Shown in pieces: positions 50,351 through 58,940 of a stretch of 64,000 nucleotides of DNA. Source of the DNA: Gammaproteobacteria bacterium. GTDB lineage: Bacteria; Pseudomonadota; Gammaproteobacteria; JAJFKG01. Position 1 is the first letter of the stretch, and every line of letters begins with the position of its first letter. Under the pieces are notes generated by a model. It worked only from the letters and a program-made list of their open reading frames with translations. It made no database searches and was not told the DNA's origin. The stretch is taken from assembly GCA_965116795.1 (NCBI GenBank), contig OZ220716.1:1098503-1162502 (forward strand). Reading direction: 5' to 3'. Position numbers and translations under genes: made by a program.

Positions 50351-51310
50351 TTAAGTAATTGTAGCGTTTGCATTTACTTGGCCTGTTTCAATAAAATGAT
50401 CGCGCATTCTTGCATTCGCTATCACAATAATTTTTCGCATTAATGCCACTAACGCTACCATCTTTCTTTTACCAGACTCAACTAAACGTCTATAAAAATC
50501 GCCTAATGCTCCTTTACTTTTAGCTGCAGCCATTGCTGCAATAAACAATATCCGTTTCACTTCTTCTCGACCACCTCGAGTAAATCGATAACCTTGCTTA
50601 GTGCCGCTATCGTTAGGATGAGGGGCTACACCGGCTAAGGAGGCGATTTGTTTTCGATTTGCCTGACCCAATTCCGGCATAAAAGCCAACAATGTTGAAG
50701 CAACTACTTCACCAACACCGGGTATCGTTTGCAAAATCTTTTTTGTTTCAAGCAATGAGTTGTCTTGCTCATAGATCAGATTGATTTTCTTTTCGATTTG
50801 CTTAATTTCCTCGGTAAAATACGCTATCATCCTGTCGATGCTCTCTGTAAGAATTTCTTGTTCTGGTGATTGCAAACGATTCTTTTCTTGCACTAACATT
50901 TTGGTTAACTCATTACGGCGCAGAAGTAGTTTTTGCAGTATTTTATTTGCTGGTTCTTTGTATACCTCTAAATCAGCATGACGCTCATAACCGTACTTAG
51001 CTAAACCTAATGCATCAATCGTGTCTGTTTTACCCAGTTGGCCAAACGAACGAATAAAGTGTTTTACTTTGCGTGTATTAGCTCGATGTACAGCATAGCC
51101 TTTTTCTTGCAATGCGCGAATCAACGCTAATTCGTGTCCACCTGTCGTTTCTAACACTATCAGTGCTGAGGATAGCTTACTTGCCCATTCCTCAAGATAA
51201 CGTGCGATACCGACAGCGTTATTCTCATAAACGCTGACTTCTTTTTCCCCATGGATGGCACTGTAAAACTCATACTTACCAATATCAATTCCTATAAATT
51301 TCTGATACAT
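50351..51310 (-). CDS. IS110 family transposase
   Basis: GIDIGK, LETTGG, KTDTIDA, IPGVG, AGVAP..DSG. Confidence 0.95.
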   Translation of the reverse strand: MYQKFIGIDIGKYEFYSAIHGEKEVSVYENNAVGIARYLEEWASKLSSALIVLETTGGHELALIRALQEKGYAVHRANTRKVKHFIRSFGQLGKTDTIDALGLAKYGYERHADLEVYKEPANKILQKLLLRRNELTKMLVQEKNRLQSPEQEILTESIDRMIAYFTEEIKQIEKKINLIYEQDNSLLETKKILQTIPGVGEVVASTLLAFMPELGQANRKQIASLAGVAPHPNDSGTKQGYRFTRGGREEVKRILFIAAMAAAKSKGALGDFYRRLVESGKRKMVALVALMRKIIVIANARMRDHFIETGQVNANATIT

Positions 51311-53581
51311 TACATATTCCCTCGTGCGTTTAATGTTTGTTTAGGATTGTAAACGGGCGTTTAGCCCTTTCAACTATTCAAACGTATCGAGGTCGATCTA
51401 GGGTACCCAGATTAACACGGTTGTTAAGACCTATGATTGCACGGTCGCCCACGATCGCGCAGCTAGGTTAATTCAGCTTAGCGGCTCACCTCTTAAAGTG
51501 AATATTAACAAAATTTCAACTTACAATGATTGCGGTGATGGTGGCAGCTCCTGCTATTGGGAGTGCGGTTGCAGGTGCTATGGGTATTACCAGTAGCATT
51601 GGTATTGGCTTAGTGACAGCCGGTGTTGCGTTAGCCGGTACTGCGCTTGTGAACGTGTTAGTGCCACCACCGATGGCATCCATCCACGGATTTGATAACA
51701 CACCCGCACCCAGTCCGACGTATTCATTGCAAGCCAGGGGCAATCAAGCCAGACTTAGTCAACCGATACCCGTGATTTACGGTAGGCATATTGTGTATCC
51801 TGATTTAGCCAGTACACCGTATTCCCATTATGCCAACAACGAACAATACCTCTATCAATTACATTGCATTGGTCAAGGCGACTATGTTATCGAACAAATA
51901 CGCATCGAAGACACACCAATTAGCTCATTTCAGGAAATTACTTATGAAGTGGTGCCACCTGGCAATCACGTTACTTTATTTTCAGCGAATGTCATCACCG
52001 CACCCGAAGTCGCGGGCCAAGAGTTATTATCAACCAGTGATGGGGGCGGTTACGTTGGTGGCTTTGTGGTGAATCCAGCGGATACGATTGCAACGCAATT
52101 GAGTATCGATATCATCATGCCACGAGGATTGTACTATGCAAATGATAGTGGTGGCTTAGATGCACGCACCATAACGTGGGTCGTTGACGCCAGACAAATT
52201 AATGATGAGGGTAATCCATTACATGATTGGCAGCGTTTAGGCAGTGAAACCATGACAGCAGCGACCAATACCCCACAACGATTAACGTATCATTACACTG
52301 TCACACCAGAGCGTTATGAAGTAAGAGCGCTTAGAACCAACAACAAAGATACATCTGCGCGTAGCGGTAATGAATTACGTTGGGCAGGATTGAAAGCCAC
52401 GCTTAATCAACGTTCTGATATGGGTAACGTCACGTTGCTCGCCATTAAAATGCGTGCCACCGATAACTTATCACAACGTGCATCGCGATTAGTTAATTGC
52501 ATTGTTACACGTAAGTTACCAACATGGAGTAAAGGAACGGGTTGGAGTGCGCCAAAAGCCACACGCTCCATTGCTTGGGTGTTAGCGGATATTGCCAGCA
52601 GTGAATACGGTGGTAATCTGCCTGATAGTCGTATTGACTTGGAAATATTAGCAAGTCTTGATACAACATGGCAGCAACGTAACGATTGTGTTGATGTGGT
52701 ATTTGACCAACCGATTACAGTGTGGGAAGCATTAACGCGGGTGGCACGTTGTGGACGCGCAGTGTGTTTTATGCAAACGGGGATTGTAAGATTTGTCAGA
52801 GATGAGTCAAGAACAATTCCAGTAGCGCTATTCTCACCACGTAATATTGTTAAACACAGTTTGAAGCTGCACTATCTCTTAGCCAGTGATGATACCGCTG
52901 ACAGTGTGATTGTCGAGTATTTCTGTAACCAAACGTGGCGACCTGATGAAGTTGAAGTGAGTTTGCCTAATAGTACCAGTAAACAACCAGCAAGAGTCAG
53001 ATTATTAGGCTGCACTGATAAAGAGCAAGCTATTCGCGAGGGTAAATACATGGCCGCTACCAATCATTATCGCAGACGACTCGTAACATTCCAAACAGAA
53101 CTGGAAGGCTTAATACCCACCTATGGGGATTTAATTGCGATTACGCACGATATGCCATCTTGGGGGCAAGGCGCGGAAGTCGTTAGCGTTGAGGGTAACA
53201 CGTTAACTTTATCGGAGCCACTGACCTGGGATGAAAATAAACTTGACGAACATGTTGTTGGTCTTCGCAGCCAAGATGGCAGTGTCAGTGGTACGTATCA
53301 AGTCAAGCCAGGCAACAATGCCAATGAAGTTATCATTCAAGGTGATTTTAATTTTCAACCCTACACCGGTGAATCACAGGAGCGCACGCATGTGGCGTTT
53401 GGCGTTGGTAATGCGTGGAGCACGTTGGCTCGCGTTACTGCTGTGCGTCCTAGAGGTGATGTCATTGAAATCAGCGCAGTCACGGAACATCCTGCGGTGC
53501 ATACTGCTGACGCATAATATTTAATTCATTTATTTTTTTCAATCCAATTTTATTTAACTTTGCAACAGAGAGGAAACTACT

Positions 53582-53884
53582 ATGGCAACCGACAATATCA
53601 AATCATCTGATGAAGGTGTCAAATTAACGCAAGCAGAACTTGACGAGCTAATTGAAAAAGCCTCAGCACGTGGCGCACGTAAAGCACTCATTGAAATGGG
53701 CTTGATGGATGATACAGTCAATGACTTGCGTACCTTGCGTGGACTAGCAAAAACCCTCAAGACAATGCAACACACGTTTGTGCAAACGATGGTGCGCTGG
53801 TTAACAATTGGGATGTTGGTGCTCTTCTTTGCGGGGATTTCAGGGAAGCTGGATTCACTTTTTCATTTAAACAATGGCAAATAA
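53582..53884 (+). CDS. Small membrane protein of the lysis module (DUF6127-like)
   Basis: A..RGAR.AL...GL, one C-terminal TM helix. Confidence 0.6.
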   Translation: MATDNIKSSDEGVKLTQAELDELIEKASARGARKALIEMGLMDDTVNDLRTLRGLAKTLKTMQHTFVQTMVRWLTIGMLVLFFAGISGKLDSLFHLNNGK

Positions 53885-53899
53885 ACAAGGAATAAAATA

Positions 53900-54364
53900 A
53901 TGATAACCTTACTAGCTACGTTAGCGGGTTTTATTTCTTCAGCTTTCCCAGATGTTTTAAAGCTTGTTAGAGACAGAGCCGACAGAAAACACGAACTTGC
54001 TATCCTTGACAGGCAACTTGAAGCCCAGCGTGAAGGCCATGCTCAGCGTTTAGAGGAAATTCAAATCCAGGCAGACATGACTGAGAGCAAAGCACTATAT
54101 CAACATGCGAGTCTTCCAAGTCATGTGAAATGGGTCGAAGCTCTGCGTGCATCGGTAAGGCCTGTTATTACCTATACATTCTTTGCCTTGTTTGTGTTTG
54201 TTAAAGTGATGGCATTAATTACATTGCTGCAACAAGGGCTCACAATAGTAGACAGTGTGTTAACGATTTGGGGCGACGAAACACAAGCATTGTTTGCTGC
54301 TGTCATGGCGTTTTGGTTTGGGCAAAGGAGTGTGACAAAATCCCGTCAATTGCATCACCTTTAA
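53900..54364 (+). CDS. Putative holin
   Basis: DRKHEL, LRASVRPVITY, FWFGQR, TM helices; precedes lysozyme. Confidence 0.75.
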   Translation: MITLLATLAGFISSAFPDVLKLVRDRADRKHELAILDRQLEAQREGHAQRLEEIQIQADMTESKALYQHASLPSHVKWVEALRASVRPVITYTFFALFVFVKVMALITLLQQGLTIVDSVLTIWGDETQALFAAVMAFWFGQRSVTKSRQLHHL

Positions 54365-54403
54365 CTGCACGAATATTTCATTATAAGAATCTCTCCTTGA
54401 GTT

Positions 54404-54445
54404 TGGCAACAGGCGTCCAATGTTGGCGTTTGTTGCCATTTTTTT
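54404..54445 (+). terminator. Terminator-like hairpin between holin and lysozyme
   Basis: tggcaacaggcg...cgtttgttgcca followed by T7. Confidence 0.5.
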
Positions 54446-54504
54446 ATTTGAAGTAAATGTTGTTATGTCGTTTGCTCAATGATTAACATGTTAGGAATAA
54501 CACG

Positions 54505-54984
54505 ATGCGCTATATTACCAACGCTGGACTAAGCTTGATTAAACGATTTGAAAGTTTTTCATCTGCAATATACTGTTGTCTTGCGGGTTATCCCACGATT
54601 GGATATGGCCATGTACTCAAAGCAGATGAGCATTTTGATGGCGGCATTGATAAACAACAAGCAGAAATATTATTGCGTCGTGATGCGCAAGTAGCAGAAC
54701 GTGCTGTGTTACGTTTGATTAACGTTCCATTGACCGATGGACAATTTAGTGCATTGGTGTCGTTTACATTTAATCTGGGTGCGGGGGCGTTACAACGCTC
54801 AACGCTACGACGCAAGGTTAATCGGCAAGAGCACGATGAAGTGCCAGCGGAGTTTGTCAAATGGGTCTACGCCGGTGGGCGCAAGTTGCCAGGTCTGGTG
54901 AAGCGCAGACGACTTGAGGCAAAAATTTATTTTAATAGCTGGGTGAATATCAGTACGCAATCACCTGGACATACAGAACAATAA
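54505..54984 (+). CDS. Phage lysozyme (GH24)
   Basis: LIKRFE, TIGYGH, ALVSFTFNLG, LPGLVKRR..E. Confidence 0.93.
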   Translation: MRYITNAGLSLIKRFESFSSAIYCCLAGYPTIGYGHVLKADEHFDGGIDKQQAEILLRRDAQVAERAVLRLINVPLTDGQFSALVSFTFNLGAGALQRSTLRRKVNRQEHDEVPAEFVKWVYAGGRKLPGLVKRRRLEAKIYFNSWVNISTQSPGHTEQ

Positions 54985-55519
54985 TCACAAATGGAACGTA
55001 TTATACCAGTATCAACAGGGATGCTTTGTTTAAACAGTTGTGACAGTGTTTCAATGATGAAAATGATATTGCAATACTTAAATGCCATCGTGTATCATGC
55101 GATTGATGACAGGAGTTATGTGTTTGTTCCCATTAAGAACATTCACTTAGGTAGTATCAGCGCATTGGTTTTTTAGGGATTAATAGTTTCATCAAATTAA
55201 TGGCTGTGTTCTATTGTCGTCGGTGTAACTTTAAGAGGTGTCGCAAAACCCTCAAGCAGGAAAAAACCAAGTGAGTGCAACGATGCATAAGCGTTGTTGT
55301 TCTTGTGCTCTGGATAAGGTCAAGGCGGCTGAGCCTAATGCCGTGGATGCGGCGGTTAATCAACGCTACCTAATCTGATGGGCGTTTTGGTGGAAATCCG
55401 CAGGCAATTGGTATCGATTGGATGTGTTGAGTCAGTGAGTAGACTATGCGCGTGATCACTCGCCTGATTATGCGTGGCTTGGCAGTGGGTTGATAGCGTT
55501 TGAGGGCTGGTTGCGACGG

Positions 55520-55598
55520 CGCGTCTAAACGTGGTGTTTACAACTAACCGCCAGCCGAGTTTCGCTGGTCTAAGGATTTCTACATGAAAACTCAAAAT
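55520..55598 (+). repeat. 79-bp direct repeat, copy 1 (leader + MKTQN)
   Basis: One mismatch to 58862-58940. Confidence 0.92.
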
Positions 55599-58500
55599 TC
55601 AGGGGCGCGCGACACGTCTTTGTGGGGCTGTCCGTCTTTGCGCGGGTGCTCAGCGTCCCGTTTGCCTCTTCAATTTTCTCCTAGTGCGCTAAGAAATTAT
55701 GAGATAAACCGTGAAAATGGCACTGCAACAGATGTCCCCAATCGACCCTTTCCAACTGCAGGCCTAGAATTTTGCCAAGATTTTTTCAAAAACTTCGATT
55801 GGGAGGAAGATAGTGGACGAGGCTATCCCGGAAAAGATAGCCGAGGCAATAAAGAACGGTATTGGTTTGTCGTTAAGCATAGGCAATCAGGTCAGCGCAT
55901 CGAAGGGTTTTATCAAGAGCCAAATTATGAGAAAGGCTTTCCTGATGCTAAGAAAGAGTACTGGTACCGCGTTTGCTTTACCGATACCGAAAATCCGGCC
56001 ATTCGGGCGTGGATGAAAGAAAAAGATTTAAATTACCTCGACCGCATTCAACGAACAAACCCCGCTCTGTATCAACAAGAAACCACAGCCCACCCCGGTA
56101 TTCACCAAAAACAACTGACCAGACAGTGTGAGCGCGGGGTTGTTGTCGGTGGTGAACAGAAAAAACAGGCTGTCAGCTTAGCGTCTAAGAAACAAGGGAA
56201 AGAAAAAAAAGAAAAGCGTAGGAAAAAAGAAGAGTCTAGCAAGAAAAAATCCAGTCGACGCCACCATCCCGAAGCAGGTGCGGCGTTACCCGATGTGCCT
56301 AGGGGTAAAGTCAAGACAATCTATGCTTACCAGTCACCGCAAGGCTCAGGACAGCTATCGTTTCCTGCAGGCAGCCTATTGGACTTGCTCAGTGATGAAG
56401 GCAAGTGGTTACGGTGTCAAAATCAAGCGGGTGATGTGGGTATGGTGCCGAGTATCTGCGTAGAAAAAGCCAAAAAAAGTCCGAAAGGTGGCGCAGTCGC
56501 CGAATTACCCCCCATGTTAGTTGTGGAAGGTGATTTCTCCTCATCCCCGGTGAATCGCTTGCAAGCGACGCAAAAGGAGGGCGGTCCAATAAAAGTACCA
56601 ACTATCCTTGGGCGTGAACCGGTCCCACTTCCGAAGCATCCTAGAAAGCAAGCTAAACAGTACGTTAACGTGTTGTACGATTATACGCCCGATGATTTGG
56701 CAACGGGTTTGGTGTGTCATGAAGATGAGCGATTGACCTTGTTAGATGACTCCGATGAGACATGGTGTTGGTGTCAAAATGAGAGAAAGCAAAAAGGGTA
56801 TGTGCCGTCCAATTACCTTGAGAAAGTAGAGGTGAAAAATAAGCGCGGCGCGTTGAAAGCGGATAACGGCCTGCAGGGTAAAGAGGTAGAGACAGCGGCC
56901 GGGCCGTTACCACAGGTGCCGGATGTAGTGCCATCCTTGCCACAGGCACCGGCGGTGGGCTCTGTCAGAGCAGTGTACGGGTATCAAGCATCGCAGCCAG
57001 ACCAGCTAACTTTTGTGTTTGATGAGCGTTTGGAAGTGTTACGCGATGATGGGGATTGGTGGCAGTGTCGCAAGCAGTCTGGTGAAGTGGGGTTAGTGCC
57101 GCGTAATTATGTGATGAAAGCGGATGAAGAAGTGTCCCTTGCGTCGGAAGCGGTCACTCCACCACTGCCAACCCCTCCGAGCCCATCGCCGTCTCCGAAT
57201 CCATCCCTGGGAATAGGCAGCCACAGTGCGGAGCACCTGGTGGACTATGCTGATTTACGTTTTGGCAGGCTGTTAGGGCGAGGTGGTTTTGGTGAAGTCT
57301 ACCGTGGAACGTCTTCGGTGCATGGTGAGGTAGCGATTAAGAAGTTATTGCAACATAAACTGACCGCGACGTTAGAAGCGGAGTTTCGTCATGAGGCGGC
57401 GGTGATGGTGAAGATGCGTCATCCGAATGTGTTAACCCTGTACGGAGTTGTATTGATACCGGAGTGCTGCATGGTATTGGAGTTTATGGCTAGGGGGTCA
57501 TTGTATGATGTGTTGCACAGTGAAGAGCCACTGAGTTGGCAGATGCGCTATCAGGTTGGGTTAGATGCGGCCAGAGGGCTATTGTACTTGCATGGTAAAC
57601 ATATCTTGCATCGGGACTTGAAGAGTTTGAATGTGTTGTTGGATGAGCGCAATAAAGCCAAGTTAGCGGATTTTGGGTTATCCAAGATAAAGGTATCGTC
57701 GAGTCAAACGCATAATGCGGGAATAGCGGGGACGACGCAATGGATAGCGCCGGAGTTATTTCGGGGAGAGAGGTACACGCCGGCGTGTGATGTTTATAGT
57801 TTAGCGATGGTGTTGTGGGAGTTGCTGAGTCGGCAGATACCGTATCGGAATCAAGTGCCAGGGGTTATTCCGGAGTGGATAAAGAGTGGGGGCAGAGAAA
57901 CGCTGCCGCCCGACTCTCCAGACAGTTTGCAGGCACTGGTGTCAGATTGCTGGAAGCCACAACCACGGGAACGGCCGAAGATACGGGAGGTGGTCAGTAA
58001 GCTGCAAGCCAATCCCATCACAGATAGCACACTCATTCCTTCACCGCACGTGCAGGGGGCGAGAGCAGCGGATGAGGATGCATCGGTATGGTCTGGTGAA
58101 CCGTTAGACACCGAACCCAATGAGCGGTCAGGCAGGCCAGCGCCGGTGAGCACGGGTTGGTTTGACAGTGCAACACCTGCATCCACGCCGTCACCATCAG
58201 CGACCCCCAAAACCGGTCAACCTAAACGCGAGCAAACGCACGACAGTGGTTGGTGGATGCAAAGTGGAACGGGCTCAGCAGAAGGTCAGCGCAGAGGTGC
58301 AAATCAGCGTGGCCGTGCAAATCAGCGTGGCGGTATGAGAGGACGTGGGAACATTGGTGGTGGTTCAGCCTCCCCGGGCCCAGCTGGCGCATCGCCATCG
58401 TTGTTTCAACCAGTAGGGCAAGGCCGCGGACCATCACTAATCCCGGTGATGACCCCACCCCCGCGGTTAGAAGGGGATGGTGATGTCTTTGAAGCACTGG

Positions 58501-58721
58501 CAAAGGGGAATTGCCAGGCACGAGATGCGAGACAATTATCGTTTATGAAGGGAGATAAGCTCACGGTGATTGAGAAACAGCCTTCTGGATGGTGGATGTG
58601 TGAATTGAATGGCAAGCGCGGATTAGCGGCGGGGAGTTGGTTGCAGTTGGTAGAGCCAGAGGCCCCTCAACAACAAGGTGGTAGTGAGTCTTCGTCTAGC
58701 ATGAGCAGTGGGTATGTGTAA
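55584..58721 (+). CDS. Eukaryote-like kinase: unknown N-domain, polybasic segment, 3x SH3, TKL kinase, SH3
   Basis: SH3 motifs GMVPS, VLYDY..GYVPSNY, AVYGY..GLVPRNY; kinase motifs GRGGFG, VAIK, HRDLKSLN, DFG, GTTQWIAPE. Confidence 0.93.
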   Translation: MKTQNSGARDTSLWGCPSLRGCSASRLPLQFSPSALRNYEINRENGTATDVPNRPFPTAGLEFCQDFFKNFDWEEDSGRGYPGKDSRGNKERYWFVVKHRQSGQRIEGFYQEPNYEKGFPDAKKEYWYRVCFTDTENPAIRAWMKEKDLNYLDRIQRTNPALYQQETTAHPGIHQKQLTRQCERGVVVGGEQKKQAVSLASKKQGKEKKEKRRKKEESSKKKSSRRHHPEAGAALPDVPRGKVKTIYAYQSPQGSGQLSFPAGSLLDLLSDEGKWLRCQNQAGDVGMVPSICVEKAKKSPKGGAVAELPPMLVVEGDFSSSPVNRLQATQKEGGPIKVPTILGREPVPLPKHPRKQAKQYVNVLYDYTPDDLATGLVCHEDERLTLLDDSDETWCWCQNERKQKGYVPSNYLEKVEVKNKRGALKADNGLQGKEVETAAGPLPQVPDVVPSLPQAPAVGSVRAVYGYQASQPDQLTFVFDERLEVLRDDGDWWQCRKQSGEVGLVPRNYVMKADEEVSLASEAVTPPLPTPPSPSPSPNPSLGIGSHSAEHLVDYADLRFGRLLGRGGFGEVYRGTSSVHGEVAIKKLLQHKLTATLEAEFRHEAAVMVKMRHPNVLTLYGVVLIPECCMVLEFMARGSLYDVLHSEEPLSWQMRYQVGLDAARGLLYLHGKHILHRDLKSLNVLLDERNKAKLADFGLSKIKVSSSQTHNAGIAGTTQWIAPELFRGERYTPACDVYSLAMVLWELLSRQIPYRNQVPGVIPEWIKSGGRETLPPDSPDSLQALVSDCWKPQPRERPKIREVVSKLQANPITDSTLIPSPHVQGARAADEDASVWSGEPLDTEPNERSGRPAPVSTGWFDSATPASTPSPSATPKTGQPKREQTHDSGWWMQSGTGSAEGQRRGANQRGRANQRGGMRGRGNIGGGSASPGPAGASPSLFQPVGQGRGPSLIPVMTPPPRLEGDGDVFEALAKGNCQARDARQLSFMKGDKLTVIEKQPSGWWMCELNGKRGLAAGSWLQLVEPEAPQQQGGSESSSSMSSGYV

Positions 58722-58802
58722 TGTGTGAGTGAAAGAGAGCAATGCAAGTATCGTGTTATTGAAACGTTTTAAGGTGTTGAAGTAGTTAAAGGAGGAAAAG
58801 CA

Positions 58803-58862
58803 ATGGACTCAGCAACGATAGCAGTAGCCGGAAAAGTAGGCATGGCAATGTTTGATGTGGCC
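58803..58862 (+). pseudogene. Probable 5' stub of a third MLKL-like gene, truncated at the direct repeat
   Basis: SD ggagga, then MDSATIAVAGKVGMAMFDVA; occupies the partner-gene position and resembles the partner N-termini. Confidence 0.5.
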
Positions 58863-58940
58863 GCGTCTAAACGCGGTGTTTACAACTAACCGCCAGCCGA
58901 GTTTCGCTGGTCTAAGGATTTCTACATGAAAACTCAAAAT
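58862..58940 (+). repeat. 79-bp direct repeat, copy 2
   Basis: Matches 55520-55598. Confidence 0.92.

Larger units (their letters stand above)
50059..51527 (-). mobile_element. IS110-family element (non-coding region 5' of the transposase)
   Basis: AAT core at both junctions (gttAATcaac / tacAATgatt); no terminal IRs. Confidence 0.88.
49790..53517 (+). pseudogene. Host-specificity/tip (TipJ-like) protein split by IS110 (49790-50058 + 51526-53517)
   Basis: Joining gives ...GGGKILRSVL-MIAVMVAAP in frame; GNQARL.QPIPVIYGRH is a J-like motif. Confidence 0.85.
10187..54984. mobile_element. Lambda/WO-like siphovirus prophage core (true ends unresolved; cargo probably extends to ~63.8 kb)
   Basis: Replication, recombinase, terminase, portal, protease, capsid, tail tube, tape measure, tail tip, holin and lysozyme genes; the structural genes are in lambdoid order. 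Confidence 0.93.

Noticed and set aside
55230-55260. IS-end-like sequence gaggtgtcgcaaaacc
   Set aside because: No partner repeat or transposase nearby.
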